DNA of 51,714 nt from Chthonomonadales bacterium (GTDB taxonomy: Bacteria; Armatimonadota; Chthonomonadetes; Chthonomonadales; Chthonomonadaceae), in NCBI GenBank assembly GCA_038217285.1, contig JBBQPO010000009.1, positions 1 through 51,714 on the forward strand, given 5' to 3'. The first letter of the stretch is position 1. Every line of letters starts with the position of its first letter. Shown here piece after piece: positions 27,470 through 38,407 of the stretch. Both the position numbers and the translations under genes were made by a program. A model generated the notes under the pieces. The model did not search any database. It worked only from the letters and a program-made list of their open reading frames with translations, and was not told where the DNA came from.

Positions 27470-28978
27470 GTGTTCGTGGTTCAGGAGGAGTCCTTGCCCC
27501 GTCGTCGTTTGCCTGCGCGTGTCATCTCCCGCTGGGTCGTGGCGGGCCTGCTGCTGCCCTGCGTCTACTTCGCCGGAGAGGGCGGGGCGTTCTTCTACCG
27601 ACAGCGCGCCGTCTACGCGGCGACCGGCTCCGTACGCCTGCCGGAGATGCCGGCGCCCACCCACGCCGAACGGCTCCTGGTCTTCGCGCCGCACTGCGAC
27701 GATGAGACGCTGGGCTGCGGCGGGCTGATTCAGCAGACGCTCGCGGCGGGCGGCGCGGTGCAGGCCGTGATGCTGACCAACGGCGACGGCTTTCGCACCG
27801 CGGTTGCGCGACAGGCGCGCACACTGCGTATCGGGCCGCAGGACTATATTCGGTTCGCGGCGCTGCGGCAGGACGAGTCGCATACCGCGCTCGGGGCGCT
27901 GGGCGTCACGCCGAACCATGTGCTGTTTCTCGGTTATCCGGATCGCGGCCTGATGGCCCTGTGGGAAGATCACTGGTCTGCGGAAACCCCCTACGCTTCG
28001 GTCTTCACCCACCAGACGCGCTCGCCCTACGCCGACACCTTCGATCATAACGCGCGTTACTGCGGACACGATCTGCTGGTCGACATCAAGACGACCCTGC
28101 GCACCTTCCGCCCTACCCTCGTCACGGTGACTCATCCGGCAGACGATCACTCCGACCATGCCGCTGCCGCCGCCTTCGTGGCCCGCGCTGTGCAGGAGCT
28201 GCAGGCGGACCCGCATGAGCGCGCCTGGGCAAAGCGTATCCGCCTGCGCTACTATCTGGTGCATCGAGGCGACTGGCCTCTGCCGCAGGGGGCGCATCCG
28301 GAATCGCCGCTGCTGCCCCCCGTCGAGATGCGCAATGTCGATACACGCTGGGAATCGCGGCCTCTGACCCCGGCGCAGACACGAGGCAAGGCACGCAGCA
28401 TCCGCCTCTATCCCTCGCAGTGCGAGATCGCGCAGGAGTTTCTGACCGCCTTTGCGCGCCGCACCGAGATTTTCGGAACCTTACCGGAGATGCAGTTGCC
28501 GCGCCTCCCCGTCGGTGGCCCGCGCCTTGCTTCCGACGCCCAGGCATGGGAGCATCTGCCGCCGGTGCTGCTCGATCCGGCCCGCGATACGGTGCTGCGC
28601 GACCTGCAGGGTGGCGGCGACATTCGTACGCTCTATGCCTGCCGTGACGGGAACACCCTGCGCCTGCGCCTGGACACCCGCCAGCCGATCAGCCGACGTT
28701 TCGTCTATACTATCCGACTGCGCGCCTTCGGGGCGAACGGAGAGACGCCTGCGGCAGACTGTGTCCTGCGCCTCGGCCCGAACCTGGCGGAATCGAATAC
28801 AGGCGATAAGGTGCGAACCGGCGTGCAGGACCGAACCCTGACAGCGGCCCTGCCCTGGGAAGCCCTGACGCGGCCTCTGAACGGTGCGGCCCTCCGCACC
28901 CTCGCCGTCAGCGTCACGACGACTCTGGGCGATGTCGAGGTGGATAAGACCGGAATGCGATTTCTGCAATGTCCGTGA
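27470..28978 (+). CDS. PIG-L/LmbE-family deacetylase with N-terminal membrane anchor
   Basis: FAPHCDDETLG, LTNGDG, FLGYPD and HPADDHSDH. Confidence 0.9.
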   Translation: MFVVQEESLPRRRLPARVISRWVVAGLLLPCVYFAGEGGAFFYRQRAVYAATGSVRLPEMPAPTHAERLLVFAPHCDDETLGCGGLIQQTLAAGGAVQAVMLTNGDGFRTAVARQARTLRIGPQDYIRFAALRQDESHTALGALGVTPNHVLFLGYPDRGLMALWEDHWSAETPYASVFTHQTRSPYADTFDHNARYCGHDLLVDIKTTLRTFRPTLVTVTHPADDHSDHAAAAAFVARAVQELQADPHERAWAKRIRLRYYLVHRGDWPLPQGAHPESPLLPPVEMRNVDTRWESRPLTPAQTRGKARSIRLYPSQCEIAQEFLTAFARRTEIFGTLPEMQLPRLPVGGPRLASDAQAWEHLPPVLLDPARDTVLRDLQGGGDIRTLYACRDGNTLRLRLDTRQPISRRFVYTIRLRAFGANGETPAADCVLRLGPNLAESNTGDKVRTGVQDRTLTAALPWEALTRPLNGAALRTLAVSVTTTLGDVEVDKTGMRFLQCP

Positions 28979-29658
28979 GAGATCCGGGCCTGTCGTTGGA
29001 GCAGACGGCGGAGATGCGGCTTGGCATCATGGGCGGCACGTTCGACCCGATCCATTATGGGCATCTGTTCGTCGCAGAGGAGGCGCGGGCGCGGTTCGCT
29101 CTCGATCATGTGCTGTTCGTGCCCAACGGTGCGCCGCCGCACAAGAAAGAGTACCTGCTGACCGCCGCGCGCGACCGTTATGAGATGACCCTACTGGCGA
29201 CCGCCGACAACCCGGCCTTCACCTGTACGGCGTTGGAGTTGGAGCGGCCCGGCCCCTCGTATACGGTTGAGACGCTGACGACACTGCGCGCACAGTATGC
29301 AAGCGCGGAGCTGTTCTATATCACGGGGATCGACGCCATCGCCGATATACTCACCTGGCGACGCCATGACGAGATCATTCGTATGGCGACGTTCATCGCC
29401 GCAGCCCGCCCCGGCTTCGACCTGAAGACGCTGCAAGACCGCCTGCCGGCGGCCTATATGGAACGGATCCTGCTGCTCGGAACGACCGCGCAAGGCATCT
29501 CTTCCACCGAAATCCGTGAGCGCACACGCGCCAAACTGCCGACCCGCTACCTCACCCCGGATAGGGTGCTGGACTATATAAGAGAACACAAGCTGTATGA
29601 GAACAAGGCCGTCCCTGTCGGGGACGCCGCCTCCCAGGCTGGAGAGAGAACATCGTGA
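28969..29658 (+). CDS. nadD: Nicotinate-nucleotide adenylyltransferase
   Basis: GIMGGTFDPIHYGH, PPHK, SYTVETL and ISSTEIR. Alternative start at 29014. Confidence 0.96.
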   Translation: MSVRDPGLSLEQTAEMRLGIMGGTFDPIHYGHLFVAEEARARFALDHVLFVPNGAPPHKKEYLLTAARDRYEMTLLATADNPAFTCTALELERPGPSYTVETLTTLRAQYASAELFYITGIDAIADILTWRRHDEIIRMATFIAAARPGFDLKTLQDRLPAAYMERILLLGTTAQGISSTEIRERTRAKLPTRYLTPDRVLDYIREHKLYENKAVPVGDAASQAGERTS

Positions 29659-30239
29659 CGAAATCGACTGAGCAGACAACGCCGCCCCGGCGCGACGATA
29701 GTGAACTGGAAGCGCTCGAAGAACTCGAGAATCTGAAAGAGCTGGAAGAGTTGCAAGAGTTGGAAGACCTGCAAGAACTGGAAGCGATGGAAGCAGAGGA
29801 ACTTGAGGAAGAGGAGTTCGAAGAAGCCGAGCCGGTCGCGACCCTGGAAGAGCTCGATACCGAAGAGCGCCTGAAGATCGTGGTCCGCGCGGCCGATGCG
29901 ATTAAGGCGACCGACATTATCGCGCTCGACCTGCGCGGTTTGACCATCATCGCCGACTTTTTCGTCATCTGCACGGGCAAATCTTCCATTCAGATACGCG
30001 GCATCGCCGACCGTATGGAAGAGAAGATGCGTGAAAGCGGCTATCGCAAGCTGCGCATGGAAGGCTACCAGGAAGCGACCTGGATCCTGATCGACTTCGG
30101 CGATGTCGTCGCCCATGTCATGGCGGAGGAGCAGCGGGCCTTCTTCGGACTGGAAGAGTTCTGGTCCGAGGCGCCGCATGTGGAACTGGACATCGTGCCC
30201 GAACCCACGACGCTCAACGCCTCCTCGTTTGCGCCGTGA
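29655..30239 (+). CDS. rsfS: Ribosome silencing factor with an acidic N-terminal extension
   Basis: KATDIIALDL, ADFFVICTG and WILIDFGDVVAHVM; located after nadD. Confidence 0.93.
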   Translation: MTKSTEQTTPPRRDDSELEALEELENLKELEELQELEDLQELEAMEAEELEEEEFEEAEPVATLEELDTEERLKIVVRAADAIKATDIIALDLRGLTIIADFFVICTGKSSIQIRGIADRMEEKMRESGYRKLRMEGYQEATWILIDFGDVVAHVMAEEQRAFFGLEEFWSEAPHVELDIVPEPTTLNASSFAP

Positions 30240-30274
30240 CGCTGTTTTGATCGATTCGAAGAGGGAGCCACGCC

Positions 30275-31588
30275 GTCAACTACCGCCCTCTGAAGAGGGC
30301 GGCTTGTCCCTAGTTGGAAGCGAGTGCTTCTAACCGGAACATTAGGGCGGCTGACAGTTCGCCCCGTGCCTTCAGATTCAGCGCCGCATTCAAGTCAGCG
30401 TTGAGTCTCAGGCCACAACATAGACATTCAAAACTCTCCTGGCTCTTGCGGTTGCCCCGCGCACAGTGACCACAACCCGAACAAGTCTGGCTGCTGTAGC
30501 GAGGATCGACCTCAAGGAGAGGCACTCCCGCTCGCTGGCACTTGTAAGCGAGGAAGCGTTTGAGTTGATCGAATGCCCAACTGTTGAGTTCGGTTCGCAT
30601 CGCCCGACTAAAACTGTTTCCTCGCTGACGAATGCCCATCAGAGCTTCGCAGGCGAGTGCCTTCTGTCGGTCTAGCGCGAGTTGAACCATTTTCTTACTG
30701 ATGCAGTGGTTGACGTTCTTGACGAAGCGGCTTTCCCGCTGGCTTGCTTTTTGAAGATGCTTGCGGGCAGATCGGGTCCTCTTGGGCTGAAGGAGTTTGC
30801 GAAGCCTACGGCACTTCTTTCTGACCTTCTTGAGCGCCTCGCCGGAATACTGATTTCCTTCGCTGTCTGTGGCGACGTTGACGATGCCGAGGTCGATACC
30901 GATCACGCCTGTGGGCACAAAGGGCGTCTCTTTCGCTACGCTGACAGCGACACAGAGATAGAACTGCCCGTTTCGCAGGAGCAGGTCCGCCTGCCCACGC
31001 TTGCCGCTCAGGAGTGCCTTGTCTCTCCCTGAGCAAAGGAAGCGCAGTTTGAGGCGACCGCGCACGGTGTTGACGGAAACGGTCTGTTCCAAGACTTTCC
31101 AGGCGAGGGTGTCTTTGTTGAACTCGATAGCGCCGGTCGGGTCAAAGGTACGGAGGCTCTGGGTACTCTGTTTGTAGGCGTTGGCGACCTTTGCAATCGC
31201 ACAAATAACGTGCCCCGCCGCCAGGTCGGTTGCGGCGCGAGTGTTGTGGTAGGTGCGGTGGTGCAGGTCGAACTTGCGGAAGGTCTTTTGGTCGAAGGCG
31301 ATGCGGCTGATACGGTCGCACGCAGCGTTACACATCCGCAGAGTTTGGAGCAGAGCGGCGTGTTCCTCTTCGGAGGGTTGGAGTTTGACGCGCGTGGTGA
31401 GTTGCATGACACTTCTTCACTACGCGAAAACCGGCCGAACCGGAAAGCCGTTCAAAAGTATTTTCAACAAAAACCGAAAGGAGCGTACGAGGGGATGATT
31501 GCAAAGCCCGGTGCTGAGACACCGGTTTCGCAACAGGATGACAATTCCTCTGCCACCTAAAGGAGGCAGTCCCCTTGTCATATTTTTT
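30275..31588 (-). mobile_element. Non-autonomous IS200/IS605-family element (tnpB only, possible tnpA remnant)
   Basis: Right end GTCAACTA-CCGCCCTC-TGAA-GAGGGCGG-CTTG (30275-30306); left-end hairpin TGACAA-TTCCTC-TGCCACC-TAAA-GGAGGCA-GTCCCC-TTGTCA (31539-31580). Removing the element joins an RBS to an ATG. Confidence 0.85.
30310..31407 (-). CDS. tnpB: RNA-guided endonuclease TnpB
   Basis: RuvC-I GIDLG, RuvC-II ACEAL, Zn finger CSGC/CLCC, RuvC-III NADLNAA; 365 aa. Confidence 0.95.
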   Translation of the reverse strand: MQLTTRVKLQPSEEEHAALLQTLRMCNAACDRISRIAFDQKTFRKFDLHHRTYHNTRAATDLAAGHVICAIAKVANAYKQSTQSLRTFDPTGAIEFNKDTLAWKVLEQTVSVNTVRGRLKLRFLCSGRDKALLSGKRGQADLLLRNGQFYLCVAVSVAKETPFVPTGVIGIDLGIVNVATDSEGNQYSGEALKKVRKKCRRLRKLLQPKRTRSARKHLQKASQRESRFVKNVNHCISKKMVQLALDRQKALACEALMGIRQRGNSFSRAMRTELNSWAFDQLKRFLAYKCQRAGVPLLEVDPRYSSQTCSGCGHCARGNRKSQESFECLCCGLRLNADLNAALNLKARGELSAALMFRLEALASN

Positions 31589-32590
31589 ATGGATGAGACC
31601 CCCGAACGTTCCGTGCCCGACCTGACGCAGGCTTTTCTGCCGTCTGCTCGGCCCGCCTCCGAGCAGACGCAGGCGATTCCGCCTGCGTCTGCTCTCTCCC
31701 CCCCGGTCGCAGAGGTCACCGATGCTGAAAAGCGGCGGCGTATCGAGGCGGAGATGACCAAACTCGGCCTCTCTCCCGACGAGGTGCGCCGCCTGATGAA
31801 TGCGAACTCCCATACGGCGGATGTCGCCCCGGCTCCCCTCTCCAAACCTGCCATGGTTCCGCCCAGTCTTCGCCCCACCCTGTCGCCCCAAAAGGGATCC
31901 GACCGCGTCACCGCCGACTCTTTGCAGGCGTTCGCGGCCCAGTTGAAGGCGGAGAAGGACGCCGTGCGCCAGGTGGCGATCACGACGGCCGGAAAGAGCC
32001 TGCCGGAGTTCCGGGAGTCGTCCGTCGCGGAGGTTCGTGCCGCAGAGACGCTGATGCGGGATGCAAACATGCTGCGCCGGCGAGAGAAATTCATCGAGGC
32101 AGAGGCGAAGTGCCGTGAGGCCCTGGAACTCGTTCCCAAAGACGCCGCCACACTGGAGATGCTCGGCGACATCCTGCAGGGCGTGGCGCGTATCGACGAG
32201 GCGCTCGCCGCCTACAAACGCGCGCGGGACGCCGATCCAAGACGGGCCGCCGCCGAAAAGAAGTACGCCGACCTTCTGATGCGTCAGGAGAACTGGGCCA
32301 ACTACGACCCGGAGACGTCTACGCCTCCGAATGCGCGGTTGGCCGTGCTGGTTTCGCTCTTGCTGCCCGGCGCCGGGCAGTTCTTCTATGGAAGTTATGT
32401 GAAGGGCGGCATCCTTCTGCTGCTGGATGCGATCTGCGTCTACCTGCTGGCCGGCTCTCCCTGGGGACTCTCCGGAAGCCACGTACACAAGGGCGTCAGC
32501 CCCGGCCTGATCGCTATGTTCGCCTTTACTATTGTGCTCTACGTCGGAGCTGTCGCCGATACGATCTCTGAGAGCAAACGCGCCGATTAG
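31589..32590 (+). CDS. Tetratricopeptide-repeat membrane protein
   Basis: TPR pattern (ALELVPKDAATLEMLGDIL...EALAAYKRA) and TM2-like LVSLLLPGAGQFF with C-terminal TMs. Confidence 0.8.
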   Translation: MDETPERSVPDLTQAFLPSARPASEQTQAIPPASALSPPVAEVTDAEKRRRIEAEMTKLGLSPDEVRRLMNANSHTADVAPAPLSKPAMVPPSLRPTLSPQKGSDRVTADSLQAFAAQLKAEKDAVRQVAITTAGKSLPEFRESSVAEVRAAETLMRDANMLRRREKFIEAEAKCREALELVPKDAATLEMLGDILQGVARIDEALAAYKRARDADPRRAAAEKKYADLLMRQENWANYDPETSTPPNARLAVLVSLLLPGAGQFFYGSYVKGGILLLLDAICVYLLAGSPWGLSGSHVHKGVSPGLIAMFAFTIVLYVGAVADTISESKRAD

Positions 32591-32618
32591 CTCCGCGATG
32601 ACCTACGAGAGGCGACGC

Positions 32619-33395
32619 TCACAGCATCAGACGCGGGAAGGTGCGGTGGGCGTTGCCGGTCGTGAGTCGGGCGATCTCTTCCAGGGTCATGCCGCGCAGC
32701 TCTGCCAGTCGCTCGGCGATGAGGCGGACATAAGCAGGCTCGTTGCGTTTGCCCCGATGCGGCATGGGTGCGAGGTAGGGCGCGTCGGTTTCGATCAACA
32801 GCGACTCCAGCGGCATGGTCTGCGCCGCCAGTCGGACCTCGTCCGCGTTTTTGAACGTCAGCGTACCGCCGAAGCCAAGCGCCAGCCCCATCGCGGCCGT
32901 CTGCTGCGCCTCCTCCACGGTTCCCGCCCAGCAGTGCATCACACCACCGGTTTGGTCCGCGCCCTCTTCCCCTAAGACCTGCAGGGTGTCGGCATACGCC
33001 TCTCGGCAGTGAATGACCACGGGCAGGCCCGCCGCACGCGCCAGCCGCATCTGCGCCCGAAACGCCTCGAACTGCGCCTCCCGTAGGGAGAAGTCGTAGT
33101 GATAGTCGAGTCCGATTTCACCGATAGCGACGACCTTCGGATGATCGGCAAGCGTACGGAAGCGCGCTTCGGTAGCCGCATCCCAGTGATTCGCGTCGTG
33201 CGGGTGGACGCCGATAGTCGCGAAGACGCCGTCTCCGACCTCCTCCGCGATGGCGACCGCCTGCTCGCTGCCTTCACGGTCCGCCCCGACGACGATCATC
33301 TGTGACACGCCCGCATCACGCGCCCGCGCGATGCACTCCAGCATATCTTCTGCGAACCGGGCATCATTGAAATGGCAATGCGTATCGATCAGCAT
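32619..33395 (-). CDS. tatD: TatD-family hydrolase
   Basis: MLIDTHCH, GVHPH, AIGEIGLDY, IHCREA and ETDAPYLAP. Confidence 0.95.
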   Translation of the reverse strand: MLIDTHCHFNDARFAEDMLECIARARDAGVSQMIVVGADREGSEQAVAIAEEVGDGVFATIGVHPHDANHWDAATEARFRTLADHPKVVAIGEIGLDYHYDFSLREAQFEAFRAQMRLARAAGLPVVIHCREAYADTLQVLGEEGADQTGGVMHCWAGTVEEAQQTAAMGLALGFGGTLTFKNADEVRLAAQTMPLESLLIETDAPYLAPMPHRGKRNEPAYVRLIAERLAELRGMTLEEIARLTTGNAHRTFPRLML

Positions 33396-33436
33396 ACGGC
33401 TCTCTTTCCTCGATCCAGTGAGAAGTTTTGCAAGCG

Positions 33437-33467
33437 AAAAACCCCTCTCCCAGCGGTGGGAGAGGGG
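33437..33467 (-). terminator. Intrinsic terminator of groESL
   Basis: CCCCTCTCCCA-4 nt-TGGGAGAGGGG followed by T5 on the minus strand. Confidence 0.8.
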
Positions 33468-33496
33468 AAGCAGGAGCGCTCCTAACGGAAGGGAGA

Positions 33497-35107
<1,611 letters not shown>

Positions 35108-35398
35108 CTACTCCTTGATCGCCAGAACGTCTTCTTGACGCAGAATCGTATATTCCTGATTGCCGAGTTTGATCTCGGTGCCGCCGTACTTCGCGTAGAT
35201 GATGATGTCGCCGGGTTTCACTTCCACGGGGACCAGCTTGCCGTTCTCCAGCAGTTTGCCGGGGCCTACCGCCACGACTTCGGCCTCCTGCGGTTTTTCT
35301 TGCGCGGAATCGGGCAGGAAGATACCACCGGCGGTTTTCTCCTGCGGGGTCACCGCCTTGACGACGATGCGGTCATTCAGCGGTTTCAACGTTGCCAT
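35108..35398 (-). CDS. groES: Co-chaperonin GroES
   Basis: LKPLNDRIVV, TAGGIFLPDSAQEKP and KYGGTE. Confidence 0.99.
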   Translation of the reverse strand: MATLKPLNDRIVVKAVTPQEKTAGGIFLPDSAQEKPQEAEVVAVGPGKLLENGKLVPVEVKPGDIIIYAKYGGTEIKLGNQEYTILRQEDVLAIKE

Positions 35399-35522
35399 TG
35401 CACAACCTCCTCGATGCGATTTTGCGATGTCGAACCGCTCGCCACAACGGGCGCGGTCGAACCTGGGAAAAAGCGTGTCGAACTGCCTTCCGCCCCCTGC
35501 GGCGCGGAAACGCAGAACACAA

Positions 35523-35549
35523 TTAGCACTCGCACTGGTTGAGTGCTAA
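35523..35549. promoter_or_regulatory. CIRCE element (HrcA operator)
   Basis: Perfect TTAGCACTC-N9-GAGTGCTAA upstream of groES; a TTGAAT-18-TACAAT promoter-like site lies at 35589-35560. Confidence 0.97.
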
Positions 35550-35686
35550 AGCCGTTGAGATTGTACTTCATTCGCAGGGGTAAATTCAAGAGGAACGCAG
35601 AAAAAAACCGGCGCACTGCCTTGTACGCAGGGAAAAGGCCACGAAATTGCCAATAGACCTGTAGCCTAATTGACAGGAGACCCTCC

Positions 35687-36709
35687 ATGATCCTCGCTCC
35701 ATTTCACCGCCGAAACCGCGCCGTAGTCGGCCTGCCTCTCACATTATGTCTGCTATCCGGTCTTGCCCTGCCCTGCGCGGTAAAAGCCGAAGGAACCAGA
35801 CGCACAGCACCGCAAGCCACAAAGCAAGCAGAGTCCATTGCCGTCTGGCCCGACAAGGTGCCGGGCGAGAAGGGCGACATCGGCCCCGAGGCAGACACGA
35901 CCAAGCCGGGCCAGGACGGCGACAAGCCGGAGCGGTATGTCATTCGACAGGGCAACGTCTCGCATCCGACGCTCACGGTCTACCATCCGCCCAAAGACAG
36001 AGATACCGGTGCCGCCGTCCTCGTCTGCCCCGGCGGCGGCTACACTATACTTGCCCTGAACCTGGAGGGCACGGAAGTCTGTCAGTGGCTCAACTCTGTC
36101 GGCGTCACCGCCATCCTGCTGAAATACCGTGTTCCGGCGCGCGCGGGACTGGAGAAGCATACGGCGGCGCTTCAGGATGCCCAACGGGCATTGAGCGTGA
36201 TCCGGCACCGAGCGAAGGAGTGGGGAGTCGATGCGAAACGTCTGGGCATTCTTGGTTTCTCAGCGGGAGGGCATCTGGCCGTCATGGCCTCGACAGCCTA
36301 CGACGCGCGCACCTATCCCGAGATCGATGCCGCCGATAAGGAAAATTGCCGACCGGACTTCACCATCTTGATCTATCCGGCCTATCTGACCGACCAGGCC
36401 GATATGAGCAAGCTCGCGCCGGAGATCAAGGTGACCGCCCACACGCCACCCGCCTTTATCGCGATGACGCAGGACGACCCTGTTCATGTCGAGAACGCGT
36501 TTACCTATGCGAAGGCGCTCCAGAACGCGAAAGTCTCGGTAGAACTGCACGTCTATCCCACCGGCGGACACGGCTACGGCCTGCGCCCAAGCCCGAACAT
36601 GGTCTCACACTGGCCCGAACGCGCCGCCGAATGGCTGAACGCGCAGGGCTGGCTGAAAAAGACCGCCACCCCTGAAGGAGCGGCCTGTGGGGAAGGTCAA
36701 GGCCCATAA
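35687..36709 (+). CDS. Secreted alpha/beta hydrolase (acetyl-esterase/BD-FAE-like)
   Basis: CPGGGY, nucleophile elbow GFSAGG, DDPV and GGHGYG; signal-like N-terminus. Confidence 0.9.
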   Translation: MILAPFHRRNRAVVGLPLTLCLLSGLALPCAVKAEGTRRTAPQATKQAESIAVWPDKVPGEKGDIGPEADTTKPGQDGDKPERYVIRQGNVSHPTLTVYHPPKDRDTGAAVLVCPGGGYTILALNLEGTEVCQWLNSVGVTAILLKYRVPARAGLEKHTAALQDAQRALSVIRHRAKEWGVDAKRLGILGFSAGGHLAVMASTAYDARTYPEIDAADKENCRPDFTILIYPAYLTDQADMSKLAPEIKVTAHTPPAFIAMTQDDPVHVENAFTYAKALQNAKVSVELHVYPTGGHGYGLRPSPNMVSHWPERAAEWLNAQGWLKKTATPEGAACGEGQGP

Positions 36710-36870
36710 ATGGGCCTGTGCTGGTCGGAAGCGAGATCGATCTGTCCAACAAGTCGTGCCTGACCAATCAGACGGACAGTCGCTCCGTATGGGGACTGAA
36801 CTGCATTATCAACCATCACAGCCCCCTTCAGGGGGCTTACCGCATCAGGCCGCTCGTTTACGGGCGACTG
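36665..36870. repeat. Four-hairpin REP/REPIN-like element, copy 2 (inverted relative to 9201-9378)
   Basis: CCACCCC-TGAA-GGAGCGG, AGGCCCA-TAAA-TGGGCCT, AGCCCCC-TTCA-GGGGGCT and GCCGCTCG-TTTA-CGGGCGAC; shares the 13-mer GCGGCCTGATGCG with copy 1. Confidence 0.72.
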
Positions 36871-37365
36871 TCAGGTAAGATCTTCGCCGGAGGAGGTGGG
36901 GACGAATTTGCCGTGGAGGACGCCGCGGGCGCTGGTGAGGTGGTCGGCCATGTGAATAACGTCGGCGCGGCGACCCCGGAGGACGATCACTTCCAGACAG
37001 TTCTCCGCCGACAGATGGATATGCAGGGCTGTCTGCGCCGTCTTATGGTCGTGGTGTTGGATTTCGATGAGATGGTCGCTGAGCTGCCGGGTGCTATGCT
37101 GATAGACCAGGCTGACGATACCGACCATCTCCCCATCCGGATCCGCATCCTGTTTCCACTTCGCCTCTACCAGCGCATCGCGCACAAGGTCACGGACGGC
37201 CTCCGAACGGCTGGTATAGCCCAGCGATTTCCGCCAGTTGTCCAGGTCACGCACCAGGGCGGCAGGCATAGAGACCCCAAACCGCACCAGACTATCCCCT
37301 TCTTCCAGGGCGGGAGCGATCGTTTCGGATGCCTCCTCTTTGCGGTTCGTTTCCGTTTCGTGCAT
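36871..37365 (-). CDS. nikR: Nickel-responsive transcriptional regulator NikR
   Basis: RFGVSM...GYTSRSEAVRDLVR (RHH) and IQH...LHIHL...CLEVIVLRG. Confidence 0.93.
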   Translation of the reverse strand: MHETETNRKEEASETIAPALEEGDSLVRFGVSMPAALVRDLDNWRKSLGYTSRSEAVRDLVRDALVEAKWKQDADPDGEMVGIVSLVYQHSTRQLSDHLIEIQHHDHKTAQTALHIHLSAENCLEVIVLRGRRADVIHMADHLTSARGVLHGKFVPTSSGEDLT

Positions 37366-37501
37366 AAGTTTTCCCGCCGATGGGCTTTCCTTTCAAGAGT
37401 GCCAGCCCCGCAGACGATCCGGGGACTGCCACGGCATCCTTCCGGTTTCCTGCGCGGGACCTTCCACTGCAATACGTGCCTTCACAGTTCAGAGTTGCGC
37501 C

Positions 37502-38407
37502 TCACGCGCGCTCCTGTTCGTAGGCACGAAAGCCGCGCAGCATGAGTCCGCGCTGGTTCTCCTTTTTCGCATCGGCCACGCGTTTCTCGTTCTCCGCGCG
37601 ATTCTCCGCAGTCGTTCCTGTGATGACCACATAGTCGTCGGCGGCGCGATAGCGGTTGATGATGACCGGACGCGGTTTCTCGGAGTGATTCTCCTGCGAG
37701 CCGTGCACCGTCTCGACATGAAAGAAGATCGAGTCGCCGGCCTTTCCGACAATGGGCAATGCGCGCTCCCACGGCCATTCGTGTGCATCCAGACCGAGGT
37801 GCGAAAAGGTATCGACGTGCTTCAGCATCCCCAGTCGGTGCGAGCCGGGTGCTACATAGAGCGCACCGTTGACCAGATCGGTATCCACGACGTAACTCAG
37901 CATCCCGACCGGCCCCTCGAACTTGTGCTCGAAGTAGGCTGCGTCCTGGTGCAGATGTTTCGGATGCCCGCCGACCGGCTCCTTATAGAGGCACTGCCCG
38001 TTCATATAGAGCTCGACGTTCGGGCCGAGGATCGCTTCCATCAGGTCGAGGGTCTTGGTGTCGAGCGCGGAGCGAAAGAAAGCGGCGCTGGTATAGTAGC
38101 TGACCGCCAGTACCATGATCTGTTTGTCGCGCGCGAAGTGCGGCGGCGCGGGAAGGAACAGGGTGCCGTTCGGCGTCACCCACCCTTCCGGCACCTTGCG
38201 GGCCTGATCCAGCAGCGCGATAGACTGGGTGGCCGCTGCCTCTATGTCGCGCGTCACTTCCGCAACATAGTCTCGCATCAGCCCACGCACCACGAGGCAG
38301 CCATGCTCTTTGTAGATCGCAGCGGCGCGGTCAACGTCTAAATCTTCCGCGAACAGCTCGATATCCTCGATACAAACCGCACTCGTCTTGGTCGTAGCGG
38401 CACTCAT
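37502..38407 (-). CDS. Phytanoyl-CoA dioxygenase (PhyH) family Fe(II)/2OG oxygenase
   Basis: LHQDAAYF, NGALYVAPGSH and AGDSIFFH...VHGS; GAGGAGG RBS. Confidence 0.9.
   Translation of the reverse strand: MSAATTKTSAVCIEDIELFAEDLDVDRAAAIYKEHGCLVVRGLMRDYVAEVTRDIEAAATQSIALLDQARKVPEGWVTPNGTLFLPAPPHFARDKQIMVLAVSYYTSAAFFRSALDTKTLDLMEAILGPNVELYMNGQCLYKEPVGGHPKHLHQDAAYFEHKFEGPVGMLSYVVDTDLVNGALYVAPGSHRLGMLKHVDTFSHLGLDAHEWPWERALPIVGKAGDSIFFHVETVHGSQENHSEKPRPVIINRYRAADDYVVITGTTAENRAENEKRVADAKKENQRGLMLRGFRAYEQERA

Noticed and set aside
37370-37500. Possible cobalamin or metal riboswitch upstream of nikR
   Set aside because: Only isolated GGAAGG-like words; the conserved boxes are not in the required order.
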